A DNA stretch of 64,000 nt from an uncultured archaeon (lineage in GTDB: Archaea; Asgardarchaeota; Lokiarchaeia; Sigyniarchaeales; SOKP01), in assembly GCA_964486045.1 (NCBI GenBank), contig CAZALK010000010.1, positions 32,001 through 96,000 of the forward strand. Reading direction: 5' to 3'. The position numbers and the translations under genes were made by a program. The notes beneath the pieces are model-generated. The model did not search any database. It saw only the letters and a program-made list of their open reading frames with translations, and was not told where the DNA came from. Position 1 is the first letter of the stretch, and each line of letters starts with the position of its first letter. Positions 38,369 to 47,921 of the stretch are shown here, piece by piece.

Positions 38369-38923
38369 TTATTTTTCTATTAATTTTTCAATTTCGGTAA
38401 ATCGTTCACTGATACGTTCAAATGAATACTTAATATGCATTTGGATTTCTTTAACTTCGGCAAAAAGCTTTCTTATATGAGATCTATCGGACTTTGATAA
38501 AACAAACTGATTTTTTGAATATATTTTATGAATTGGCTCATGTATAGATGGAGAAGAGACAAATGGCTCTAAAACCTCATCCCTACTAAATTCTTGTCTA
38601 GATTGCCCAGGAAAACTTAGATCAGAAACATCCTCTTTAATTTCTTTAAGTATACTAACGAATTCAGCAGGTTCAATGCCTTGTTTTATAACTTCATATT
38701 TGAAATTATAAAATTTCTTCTTAGTTTTAAGTTTTCCAGCCCAATTCGCTGCCATGTACCTATGAAACAACCGGGAGTGACTACCTGCCCAGATCCAAAT
38801 TAGTTTTAGTCCTTTATCTACAATTAAATAAACTTCAGAGGGATTGAACAACTTCTCTGGTCTGAGCTTGATTGTTTCACCGTCGACCTTATAAACATAA
38901 TCGTAATAGCTACTTTCTGTCAT
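38369..38923 (-). CDS. Single gelsolin-domain protein with a C-terminal helical/coiled-coil extension
   Basis: 'LFNPSEVYLIVD...IWIWAGSHS......A...A.....VIKQGIEPAEF' matches the gelsolin repeat pattern (L.s.dvfilD....iyvW.G..s...a...a.....v.qG.Ep.eF). Confidence 0.8.
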   Translation of the reverse strand: MTESSYYDYVYKVDGETIKLRPEKLFNPSEVYLIVDKGLKLIWIWAGSHSRLFHRYMAANWAGKLKTKKKFYNFKYEVIKQGIEPAEFVSILKEIKEDVSDLSFPGQSRQEFSRDEVLEPFVSSPSIHEPIHKIYSKNQFVLSKSDRSHIRKLFAEVKEIQMHIKYSFERISERFTEIEKLIEK

Positions 38924-39034
38924 TCTTTTGGGTTTTTAACGTATTGAGAAGAGTTTATTTTAATTTAGATTTCCTAGTAATTTGTACAAAATATAAAAAA
39001 AAATATTAGTTTGATTTATCGTTATTCAAATTTT

Positions 39035-41035
39035 CTACGAATAGAACCTTAATAGAGCATCTAATAATTCCTGGAGTGTTTCTAAGTTTGGAATAAATAA
39101 GAAAGTTCCTGTAATTTTAAAATCTGTTACAATCACGCTCGTATCTATAACTAGTGATAATTTCTTCAATAGCCCAATTTCTTCTTTTAGAATCCTAAAT
39201 AACTGTTGTCCAGTGTCTACAGACATGTCAGGAGGTTCTGTCATCAATTTTAAGCCAAGTAAATTACCAATTGCACTTACATAATGACTTCCAAGAATAT
39301 GTCCTAGTTCAGAGAGTGCACTTTTATAGAGGTCAGGAAAATCAGAAGCCTTGTTAATTTTCTTTCTTAAATCTATCTGCCTTTTACTAGTATCATCAAC
39401 TATTATTGAAGTAATGTCAACTGCATCTTTCAAATTAAATATTGTTAACACTGTAGCTCTTGCTCTTCCAACAACATTACTCCATGCAACTAAGAGTTTT
39501 TCATCTTTTCTGCTAATTGAATTTGCATAATCATCTAATTCCACCATCTGAACGGAAGGAATGTTGATATCAACTCTCTTGTTAATCATCTGAGCTAAGG
39601 CATTTGCAGCATTCCCTGCGCCTATATTACCAACTTCTTGAAGGGCATCTCTTTGAACTTCCGAGAGTTCAATTTTTGATAACTCCAGAAGTTCAGGAGC
39701 TTTTTTAGTTTTTGCTGGTGTTTCTGAAATTTCATGTCTAATTTCAAGTTTTTTAAAGATAATTGAGAGAGTTTCAATATCTGGAATAAAGAAGAACATA
39801 CCTTTTAGTTTTAAGTCAGATACTTTTATAGATGTCTGAATGATAATGAAAAAATCTGCAATCGCTTCAAATTCTTTTGAAAGAAATTCCCCTATTTCCC
39901 CAGCAGTACTCATAGTAAATTCAGGGACGTCAATCATTAGCTTTGTGCCAAGCAGATCAGCTAAGGCTGAAGCATAATGACCTGCCATAATGTTTCCCAT
40001 TTCTGTTATCGTGGATATAGCATAATCATCAAGATCCTTTTTAGTTTTAACCTTATTAGGTACAATCTTTGAATCTGGACCTGCTAAATCTGATATTAGA
40101 TGCATTAGGGGCTTCATTTCAAAGATATTCAGTATAGTTGCTGGAGAGGGCTTTTCTATATGACAAAAAATTCCACATACTTTATCATTTTTACCACCGA
40201 ATTGGCTTGGGAGTTCATCTAATGGAATTATGCCTACATCAGTGAGAGTTACGTCAATCTTCTTTTTTACTAATCTAGATAAAGCAGTGACTGCATTTCC
40301 TGTCCCAATATTCCCTAATTCTTTCAAAGTGTCTTGTTGTTCTGCTGATAAAACTACTAGCTTTTCTTTTTTAACTTTTTTAACTTTTTTGGTGGTTGTT
40401 GCTTTTGGTAGTTTTTGTTTCTTTTTTGGTGCTTGAACAATTTGTGGAATTACAAGCGTAGAATCAATATCTGGTCTATCAATTATCTTCGGTTGCACTT
40501 TAGGACGTTCTAGGCTTGTTGGCTTTATATCGATTTTTTTCTCAATTTTTCGACCCATTGATTTGATATATGGCTGAATTAAAGCATCTAAATCTAATAA
40601 TATCAAAGATTCATCCTCGAATACTCCGGTTAATTTTATTAGTTTAAAATCTATATTAGTCTTAACAATAGTTCCTTGTTTTTTGAAGATTGCAAGGGGT
40701 ATATCTCTAACACCGATTACTACATCTACTAACACTGCTATTTTAAGATTTCTGTATTCTAGCAATAAAATCCTTGAAAACTCATCGATGCCATAATCTA
40801 TATCATTCCCATATATATTATGTCTTAATGATATGATTGAGTAGATCTCCCCTCTTATACTGATAATGCCCACGATTGATTTATCTGTTAATGGTACAGA
40901 AACAATATCATCTCCGGGTACATAAATTTCCTTAATGTTTGAAACTTCGAGAAGATATTTTTCATCAAGCACTTGTATTATTACCACATTTATGTTTTCT
41001 CCAAATTCTATTTCTTCAGATTTACTTTTAAACAT
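39035..41035 (-). CDS. CheW-CheC-CheC fusion protein
   Basis: N-terminal CheW ('VPLTDKSIVGIISIRGEIYSII...AVLVDVV'), Lys/Pro linker, two CheC modules (KELGN/TEMGN; QEVGN/SELGH). Confidence 0.88.
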   Translation of the reverse strand: MFKSKSEEIEFGENINVVIIQVLDEKYLLEVSNIKEIYVPGDDIVSVPLTDKSIVGIISIRGEIYSIISLRHNIYGNDIDYGIDEFSRILLLEYRNLKIAVLVDVVIGVRDIPLAIFKKQGTIVKTNIDFKLIKLTGVFEDESLILLDLDALIQPYIKSMGRKIEKKIDIKPTSLERPKVQPKIIDRPDIDSTLVIPQIVQAPKKKQKLPKATTTKKVKKVKKEKLVVLSAEQQDTLKELGNIGTGNAVTALSRLVKKKIDVTLTDVGIIPLDELPSQFGGKNDKVCGIFCHIEKPSPATILNIFEMKPLMHLISDLAGPDSKIVPNKVKTKKDLDDYAISTITEMGNIMAGHYASALADLLGTKLMIDVPEFTMSTAGEIGEFLSKEFEAIADFFIIIQTSIKVSDLKLKGMFFFIPDIETLSIIFKKLEIRHEISETPAKTKKAPELLELSKIELSEVQRDALQEVGNIGAGNAANALAQMINKRVDINIPSVQMVELDDYANSISRKDEKLLVAWSNVVGRARATVLTIFNLKDAVDITSIIVDDTSKRQIDLRKKINKASDFPDLYKSALSELGHILGSHYVSAIGNLLGLKLMTEPPDMSVDTGQQLFRILKEEIGLLKKLSLVIDTSVIVTDFKITGTFLFIPNLETLQELLDALLRFYS

Positions 41036-41079
41036 TTTAGTTACCTATTATTTTTTGATTAAATATATAAAAAAAAAAT

Positions 41080-41940
41080 TTATTTTATCATAATTCCTTT
41101 CCAGATTAATTCTACTTCAGGATCATCCTCATTCACTTCAGTGTAAAAGTCCAATTGCTTAAAAATCGAAATTTGGCCACCACTTGTGTGTTTATAAACG
41201 TAATTTAGTAAGTCATCAATACTAATGAAATTAAATCCTGCTACTTTTAATTCTGAATCATTCACAATTAACAAGTCTTCTCGTTTGAAAAAACGATTTT
41301 CTTCAATAAATTCTACCATCAATGTAGGATCTACCTCTTTACTAATTACCTTAATTGGTGTGTCAAACGGTATATTTCGAAACGACTTACTGGTTGCAAA
41401 AATAACCTTATCTGGAAGTAGATTTTCTTGCTTAGCATAATTGGTAATTTCAGTTAATACTTTCTTGTAATTACTTAATTCTAAGATATCGTGACAAGAA
41501 ACCAACAACACTTTATTTTCACTAGTTTCAATGATAAAATCAAGAAACCGATCTGAACTAGAATTTATATTAATTTTTATTGACTCTACCTTCAAATCTT
41601 CCGTATATTTAAGATTTTGATAGAATCTCCACTTTACTGCTTTTTTATCATTTTCTTCCCTGCTGATAAAAACTTGAAAAAGTTTTTTCAATTGTTCAAG
41701 GTTTAATTTCGATAAATCTGCTATTTTATCAACATCAGTACCTATTGGAACATAATCCTTACTAGTAGTTGTCTTTGACTTTGATTTTGTGTTTTTAGTT
41801 TTTTTGGTTTTTTTAGATTCAACATCATCCAAATAAATTTGTAATTCGCTTTTTGTGAATTTTGGGAGAATTTGTTCAATAAGGTATAATAAATATTCTT
41901 TCGATTTATCATCCATTGTTTCATAAAACTGTAAATTCAT
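41080..41940 (-). CDS. Hypothetical protein within the che operon
   Basis: 286 aa, co-oriented with 26-44 bp gaps; the central 'LDFIIETSENKVLLVSC' segment weakly suggests a restriction-endonuclease-like fold. Confidence 0.65.
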   Translation of the reverse strand: MNLQFYETMDDKSKEYLLYLIEQILPKFTKSELQIYLDDVESKKTKKTKNTKSKSKTTTSKDYVPIGTDVDKIADLSKLNLEQLKKLFQVFISREENDKKAVKWRFYQNLKYTEDLKVESIKININSSSDRFLDFIIETSENKVLLVSCHDILELSNYKKVLTEITNYAKQENLLPDKVIFATSKSFRNIPFDTPIKVISKEVDPTLMVEFIEENRFFKREDLLIVNDSELKVAGFNFISIDDLLNYVYKHTSGGQISIFKQLDFYTEVNEDDPEVELIWKGIMIK

Positions 41941-41966
41941 TTTTTTTCCTCCTTTTTTTATTTTTG

Positions 41967-43982
41967 TTACCCAACGAAAAATGATTCCAATTCTGATTGC
42001 TTAACATCGCTACTACTTCCTATATTTTTTAAATAGTACATAACCTCTCTTTCTTGAAACGGTAATAAAGTATCAAATGTGAAAGAAATTTTCTGTTCTC
42101 TATTATTTTTTGATTTGCTAACTTTATAATCTAAGTTTGAAGATATAAGCTCAAAAGAATCTGGAAAAGTATCTGTAACATTGACATCACTTAATTTTAT
42201 ATTAGACCCATTTTTGGCTACAATGTAAATAGCAAATTCATTGCTACTTCTCCCTGGGAAGATCTCTTTTCCTACCATCAATTTACGCCGCTTGTGAGAT
42301 ATTTTAATAGCAGATTGATCCATCTTTGAGAGATCATCCATTATAATGAAAAATTCATTCTTATCTCCTGATCCTACATATTTTGGATAGTATGAGTGTA
42401 CTTGTAATGGAAAATTATACGCTTTTTTATAATCTGGTGTAATAGCCTTAAGAGGGTATTTTATTTCCAAGAAATCTTCTACTTCAATCACAGAATCTAA
42501 ACGATAATTCTTTAGATTGATACTTAACTCAAGAGTATGTTCATGTGAAGGATCATTATCATCAGGACTAACTTTTATTTCAAGATCGTCAACTTCTAAT
42601 GCGCCAGATGATCTATATAATTTATACTCGGAAATATCCCTAGGGGGTAAAAAGTCTTCTGGAATTGTTTCTAAAACCAGAAGTCCCTTAATTGGAATCG
42701 TTCCTTCATTGTTAATAATTATCCTAGAATTTATTTTCGTTTCTTGAAATGATTTGATTTCTCCTTCTGCTAATTTTTTCTTAATTAAAACGCGAGTTAA
42801 CTTAAATGTAGTCTCATCGTATTTTGAAATTAGCGTTGAATTACTCTCAGTTTTGTAATCTACGGAATATTCAACTTTTCTAGTAAAATTGGGTTCTTTC
42901 TCATCAATGATATCAAAATATTCTGATGTAAATTTCCCCCGAGGGAGTACAACTTTCTCATTAGCTTCACTAAAATCATATCCTAGTATTTTCTTCGATT
43001 TTGTTTTATCATAGATTAATATCGACTTCAATTTCATCTTGAAATCACTATGGTTTTCAAATATAAGTGAACACTGCCAATGATTAGGAGCATAATTTTT
43101 CTCAGATTTCTTGATTGCATGCATAGCATGAGAGTATCCTGAGAATTTATTTATTTTTACTCCAGATATGACTTTTTCTGATAGGTTAAAAGTTAATTCA
43201 TATTTACCAGTTTTTATGTTTTCTTTCTTTTTGGGAAATATTTTAGCGATAAACACTATTTCTACTTTTTCCATAGAGTTTAAGTTATTTATGGAGCATT
43301 CAATTGAATTTTGAGATATCTTAAAATCGCTATTTGAGTTACTTTTAAATTCCAAGTCATAAAAACCCTGAGAAAAATCTTTCTTTAGTTTAATTTTCTC
43401 TAGAGATGAATCTGATATATTTTCGATTGAAATCGAAAATTTTATGACATTCTCCCTTCCTATCATTAATAGATAATTATTAGCTTTACCATTGCTAGTA
43501 AGATATTCACTATCAACCGAAGAACTGCTTTTAAGATCTTCAACTTTATTTTCAATATTTTCCTGTAATTTTACCAAATCTGGTATTTCCTCCGAGTTGA
43601 CAATTTCATATTTTAAAACTTTATTTGAACTCGGTTCAAAAATCCCTAAACTGATGTTGTTTTCATCACTTTGATTATTAAATTGAGATCCAGAGAATTG
43701 TAAGTTTGCATCCCATATCCGATCCTTAATTGAATTATTGAATATTGAAATATTTCCATTACCGAGTGCTGATTTTCTACTTCCATTATTATCATAGTCA
43801 AATTCTAAAAATTCCTCATTTAATATTAAAATATCTGAAAACGCACCTGTGTAGCTTGATTCAATTTTCTTCTCTCGATATGTTTTTTCGACAAGTTTTC
43901 CTCCTTCTCTTATAGGGATACCAAGAAAATTTGGGCTCATTTTCGTTTTTAATTCTTCATAATCAACTTTTTTAAATCCCAT
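41967..43982 (-). CDS. Large cytoplasmic beta-sandwich repeat protein (DUF11/Ig-like) within the che operon
   Basis: Repeated 'I.I.N.....I....V.DT.P..F' strands; no signal peptide or TM helix. Confidence 0.65.
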   Translation of the reverse strand: MGFKKVDYEELKTKMSPNFLGIPIREGGKLVEKTYREKKIESSYTGAFSDILILNEEFLEFDYDNNGSRKSALGNGNISIFNNSIKDRIWDANLQFSGSQFNNQSDENNISLGIFEPSSNKVLKYEIVNSEEIPDLVKLQENIENKVEDLKSSSSVDSEYLTSNGKANNYLLMIGRENVIKFSISIENISDSSLEKIKLKKDFSQGFYDLEFKSNSNSDFKISQNSIECSINNLNSMEKVEIVFIAKIFPKKKENIKTGKYELTFNLSEKVISGVKINKFSGYSHAMHAIKKSEKNYAPNHWQCSLIFENHSDFKMKLKSILIYDKTKSKKILGYDFSEANEKVVLPRGKFTSEYFDIIDEKEPNFTRKVEYSVDYKTESNSTLISKYDETTFKLTRVLIKKKLAEGEIKSFQETKINSRIIINNEGTIPIKGLLVLETIPEDFLPPRDISEYKLYRSSGALEVDDLEIKVSPDDNDPSHEHTLELSINLKNYRLDSVIEVEDFLEIKYPLKAITPDYKKAYNFPLQVHSYYPKYVGSGDKNEFFIIMDDLSKMDQSAIKISHKRRKLMVGKEIFPGRSSNEFAIYIVAKNGSNIKLSDVNVTDTFPDSFELISSNLDYKVSKSKNNREQKISFTFDTLLPFQEREVMYYLKNIGSSSDVKQSELESFFVG

Positions 43983-44035
43983 TTTATTTTTCCTCCAATA
44001 TATTTCTTAATAAATTATTTTCTTTAAAAAAAATT

Positions 44036-46114
44036 TTAATTAGTTATTTGAGATACTATATTTTTATTGAACTTCGAAGAAATTATACTTAGCACATCAA
44101 TTATTAGACAAATAGCCCCTTCACCTGTTATTGTAGAACCTAAAATATCACGAGAATCTGAGTAATTAGATTTAAATGGTTTTACAACAATGTCAAGCTG
44201 CTGTAGTTGTTTGTCAGCTATAAATACTGCCGAGTTTGTTTCATCTCTTTGGCACCAAACAGCTATTTTTTTATGAGCGTTTGTTGTACTTTTCTTTACC
44301 ATCTCTAAATGCTCCTCTAAATAAATTATTGGTATTTTTTTACTACCAATTCTGTAATATTGTTCTCCATCTTCATGTTCAACCTGATTTGGGTTGAAGA
44401 AGTATATTTGTTTTATGTTTTCAGTTGGAATAGCGAATAAGTCATTAGAAATTTGCATTAGTTGTGCTCTTAGAATTGCTCGTGTAAATGGAACAATTAG
44501 TGTAAATCTTGTTCCAATATTTTTTTCAGAGTAAATTGTAAAATCTCCACCAAGTTCTCCTATTTTCTCAGCCACTATAGCCATTCCCATACCTCTTCCG
44601 GAAAGGATATCGGCCTCAGAGAGTGTTGAAAATCCAGGCATTAAAATGAATTTATGAAGCTCTTCATTATCTATCTCTTTTACCTCGTTCTCATCGTAGT
44701 AACCTTTCTCTACAACTTTCTTTCTAATTTTATCGTAATTAATCCCAGCACCATCATCTTGTACTTCAATATAAATTGAGCCTGCTCGTCTATATGTATT
44801 GATTCTCAAAGTGGCAACGTCATTTTTACCCATTTTCCGCCTTTCCTTCGGTAACTCTATTCCATGATAAATAGCATTCCTTATAAGCTGAACTAAAGGA
44901 GAATTTAGGTCTTCTAAAATTTTCCTGTCAATTTCGACATTTGTTCCTTCTAAAATCAACTTAAGTTTTTTACCAGTTTCATTTGCTAAATCGCGAACTA
45001 ATCTCTTATATTTTCTAAATGTTGACTCAACTCTGACTAATTTTAATCTGAATAGAATTTCTTGAATATCGAGAAATGGTTTATCCATTTTATCAAATAA
45101 TCGAGAGATAGTTCTATCTTGTTTTTCCTTTAAAAGTTGAGAGATATGATTCTTCATTACTATTAGTTCTCCAAAATAATTCATAAGCTCTTCTAAGTAT
45201 TCAACATTAACTTTTACACTAGAAATTCTAATAGTTTCTCCCGAAAAATCATCTACTATTTTAGAAACCCTTTCAACCTCTTCATCAAAAGTCTCTTCTT
45301 CCATATCAGTTTCATATCTTGATTCTATACTTACATCCTCAGGTTTCTCCCTTTCCCATTGTTCTTTAAGTTCGATAATTATTTTTTCAAACTCTTCAGG
45401 TTTCATTGGTTTTATGACTTTGCTTTCAATCTCTAGGATCTCAGCGATCGTGTGAGATATTTCGGTTTTATTCTTTGTAGTTATGAAGTATATTTCAAAC
45501 TCATTCTTCAAAGTTGCTTTTTCTAAATCTTCAGGAGCAGGATGAGTCCAGCATATTTTGCCATTTTCATTTAGTGCTCGAAATATTATAAATAACCTAA
45601 CTTTTTTGAAGACACATGTTTCTTCAAGCCTAATATAAATTTTAAATGGTTTGTTCTGCTTTTTTTGTAGAATTTTAGAGATTTCTTCTTGTGATAACGC
45701 TTGGATAAATGTTATATCGTAATCACTTTCAAAACTTTCAAAGCTATCTTTGATATCTTCCACAAATTTTGCGTCTAAGTCAGTTAAATCTCCAGTTTTT
45801 ACTCTTTTTATTACCATTCTTAACACATCAAGTGATTCAAAGAGCATATCAACGAAATCACTTTTCTTATTAAGACTGGCTTTTTTTTCTTTTGCATTTT
45901 CTAAAAAGGATTCAAAATGATGGCAAAATTTTGATAAGTTATCAAACCCTGCCATTGCAGTTAATCCTTTTAACGTGTGAAAAGTAAAAAAGAGTCCTTG
46001 AACTGGTTTTAGATCATCTGGATTTTCCTCTATATTTAGAATTTCATCTTCTGTTTTCTGAATCAGATCCTCTGCTTCACTAACAAATAGTTTCATATCG
46101 TCTTTGGATGACAC
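44036..46114 (-). CDS. cheA: Chemotaxis histidine kinase CheA
   Basis: Hpt 'FHTLKG', P2, dimerisation domain, HATPase (RNAIYHGIE, DDGAGI, PGFST, GRGMGM) and C-terminal CheW-like P5. Confidence 0.95.
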   Translation of the reverse strand: MSSKDDMKLFVSEAEDLIQKTEDEILNIEENPDDLKPVQGLFFTFHTLKGLTAMAGFDNLSKFCHHFESFLENAKEKKASLNKKSDFVDMLFESLDVLRMVIKRVKTGDLTDLDAKFVEDIKDSFESFESDYDITFIQALSQEEISKILQKKQNKPFKIYIRLEETCVFKKVRLFIIFRALNENGKICWTHPAPEDLEKATLKNEFEIYFITTKNKTEISHTIAEILEIESKVIKPMKPEEFEKIIIELKEQWEREKPEDVSIESRYETDMEEETFDEEVERVSKIVDDFSGETIRISSVKVNVEYLEELMNYFGELIVMKNHISQLLKEKQDRTISRLFDKMDKPFLDIQEILFRLKLVRVESTFRKYKRLVRDLANETGKKLKLILEGTNVEIDRKILEDLNSPLVQLIRNAIYHGIELPKERRKMGKNDVATLRINTYRRAGSIYIEVQDDGAGINYDKIRKKVVEKGYYDENEVKEIDNEELHKFILMPGFSTLSEADILSGRGMGMAIVAEKIGELGGDFTIYSEKNIGTRFTLIVPFTRAILRAQLMQISNDLFAIPTENIKQIYFFNPNQVEHEDGEQYYRIGSKKIPIIYLEEHLEMVKKSTTNAHKKIAVWCQRDETNSAVFIADKQLQQLDIVVKPFKSNYSDSRDILGSTITGEGAICLIIDVLSIISSKFNKNIVSQITN

Positions 46115-46138
46115 ATAATCACCTTATTTTTTATGTAT

Positions 46139-46537
46139 TTAGGCTTTTTTATACTTTAGTATACGATCCATAACCTCTAAGATTTGTTCAGTTTTGAATG
46201 GTTTTTGGATAAAATCTTTTGCCCCTTTTTTAGCAGCTTCTAGAACTAGAGCTTCCTGTCCTAGTGCTGATACTACAACGATTAATGCCTTTGAGTTTAT
46301 TTTTAGAATCTCCTCTGTAGCTTCAATTCCACCCTTTTCTGGCATTACTAAGTCCATAGTGACCAAATCTGGGCTTAATTTTTTATATAGGGAGATTGCT
46401 TCTACTCCGTTGGAGGCTTCACCGATTACTTCAATTTGTTCGATCTTGCTAATGATGTTTTTTAGCATATTTCGGGTAAATTGCGCGTCATCGACGATAA
46501 GTACCCTTTTCTTCCCATTCTTTTCATTCTTTGACAT
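46139..46537 (-). CDS. cheY: Response regulator CheY
   Basis: Single REC domain: VDD, MDLVMP, SALGQ, KPF (Firmicute/archaeal CheY type). Confidence 0.93.
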   Translation of the reverse strand: MSKNEKNGKKRVLIVDDAQFTRNMLKNIISKIEQIEVIGEASNGVEAISLYKKLSPDLVTMDLVMPEKGGIEATEEILKINSKALIVVVSALGQEALVLEAAKKGAKDFIQKPFKTEQILEVMDRILKYKKA

Positions 46538-46566
46538 TTTATTTTATTCAACTCCTATTTTTTGTT

Positions 46567-47088
46567 TTATGTTAATGATGATAAATCTTGTTGAATCCTA
46601 AATTTTTCTACCTCGCTAAAAATCTTAGATAAGTCAAGCACCACCCTTGGTCTATCCTCAAAATTAATTATACCTTTGATAAATTCAATAGCAACACTTG
46701 TTTGAAAAATAGGACTCAACCCAATAATCTCCTCAGGAAGGATGTGATCAATACTGACTATTTGATCCACATAAAAACCTATGAGATCATTTTCTACTTT
46801 TAAAATTATTATAAACTTCTTTGTCTCACTTGAATCTTGTTCAAAAGAGGACCGCTTCTCATGGTATAAGAGGTATTTATCTAAGTCTAATTTTCTTCTT
46901 AAGTTAATTACATGAATAATATCTCCCCTGTAATTGTATATACCATCTATATAGTCGATGCTTTTCGGTAATTTCCTGATTTGTCCTGCCTGAATTATTT
47001 CCTTAACATCCAGGAGGTCAATAACAAATTCTTCCCACCCTATTTTAAAAGTAAGGATGGAAATTTGATCTATTTCTTTTTGAGCCAT
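46567..47088 (-). CDS. cheW: Coupling protein CheW
   Basis: 'FKIGWEEFVIDLLDVKEII...LPKSIDYIDGIYNYRGDII.VINLR...GFYVD'. Confidence 0.92.
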   Translation of the reverse strand: MAQKEIDQISILTFKIGWEEFVIDLLDVKEIIQAGQIRKLPKSIDYIDGIYNYRGDIIHVINLRRKLDLDKYLLYHEKRSSFEQDSSETKKFIIILKVENDLIGFYVDQIVSIDHILPEEIIGLSPIFQTSVAIEFIKGIINFEDRPRVVLDLSKIFSEVEKFRIQQDLSSLT

Positions 47089-47108
47089 TTTTTATATACC
47101 TACCGTTT

Positions 47109-47921
47109 TTATATTATAAAATATTGGTTAATGTTTTTTTCAAATTCGTTAAAGGGAGTTACATCCCCATTAAAATTTTTTAAATAGTCTTTATATTGAT
47201 ATAAAAATTCATCTGCAATGAGGTACATATACCTTTGAAGCAGTGAATTCATATTGTCTACCAAAAATGCAAAAATTACATTACTTTTTGATATAACATA
47301 GAATTGTTGATTCCCAAAATTAATTTCCTTGAGCTTAGCACCAGTTTCCTCTCCTATAATTGTATTGGAAAAGGATAAAAGAGCTGAAATAAATCCACCA
47401 ATGTGAACCTCGTGGTCAGCAATATTGCTACGAGCCTTATTTATTTTTGAAATAAAAGGACTTCCCGCAGAACCAATTACGAAAATAGCAATAATTCCCT
47501 CACTTCGAGGGATTTGAACCGTATTCTCAAATACTTCTATTATCTCTGTGATTGAAGCATTCGAAACTACTTTTTGATTTATTTTTTTTGATAAGAGGTA
47601 TAGACTTCCAAAACTTACAGACTGGTCCTTTTCCTCCATATAAATAATAACTGAAATATCATCCTCACTATTTTTAAAATATTGGATGAAAATTGTAAAA
47701 TCATCTAAAGGAATGATTGAATTTCCCTGCTTTTTGTTAATTATCTCTTTTTTATATAATTCAATAATATTCTGGATAAGCGGGACACCTATTCCTTTTT
47801 GAAATCCAATGTCAAATTTAGCACTAGAGCTAATGTCTGAAATCATTAAAATGCCATAACCTAGCATCTGTAATTTTTCTGAGCCATTGTTACTATTTTG
47901 AGCATTGTTCATAGCTATCAT
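47109..47921 (-). CDS. Longin-like domain protein (first gene of the che operon)
   Basis: C-half 'AIFVIGSAGSPF...IGGFISALLSFS...LKEINFGNQQF...F...Y...L.NFNGDVTPF' is the typical Asgard longin/sigma-like pattern. Confidence 0.75.
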   Translation of the reverse strand: MIAMNNAQNSNNGSEKLQMLGYGILMISDISSSAKFDIGFQKGIGVPLIQNIIELYKKEIINKKQGNSIIPLDDFTIFIQYFKNSEDDISVIIYMEEKDQSVSFGSLYLLSKKINQKVVSNASITEIIEVFENTVQIPRSEGIIAIFVIGSAGSPFISKINKARSNIADHEVHIGGFISALLSFSNTIIGEETGAKLKEINFGNQQFYVISKSNVIFAFLVDNMNSLLQRYMYLIADEFLYQYKDYLKNFNGDVTPFNEFEKNINQYFII

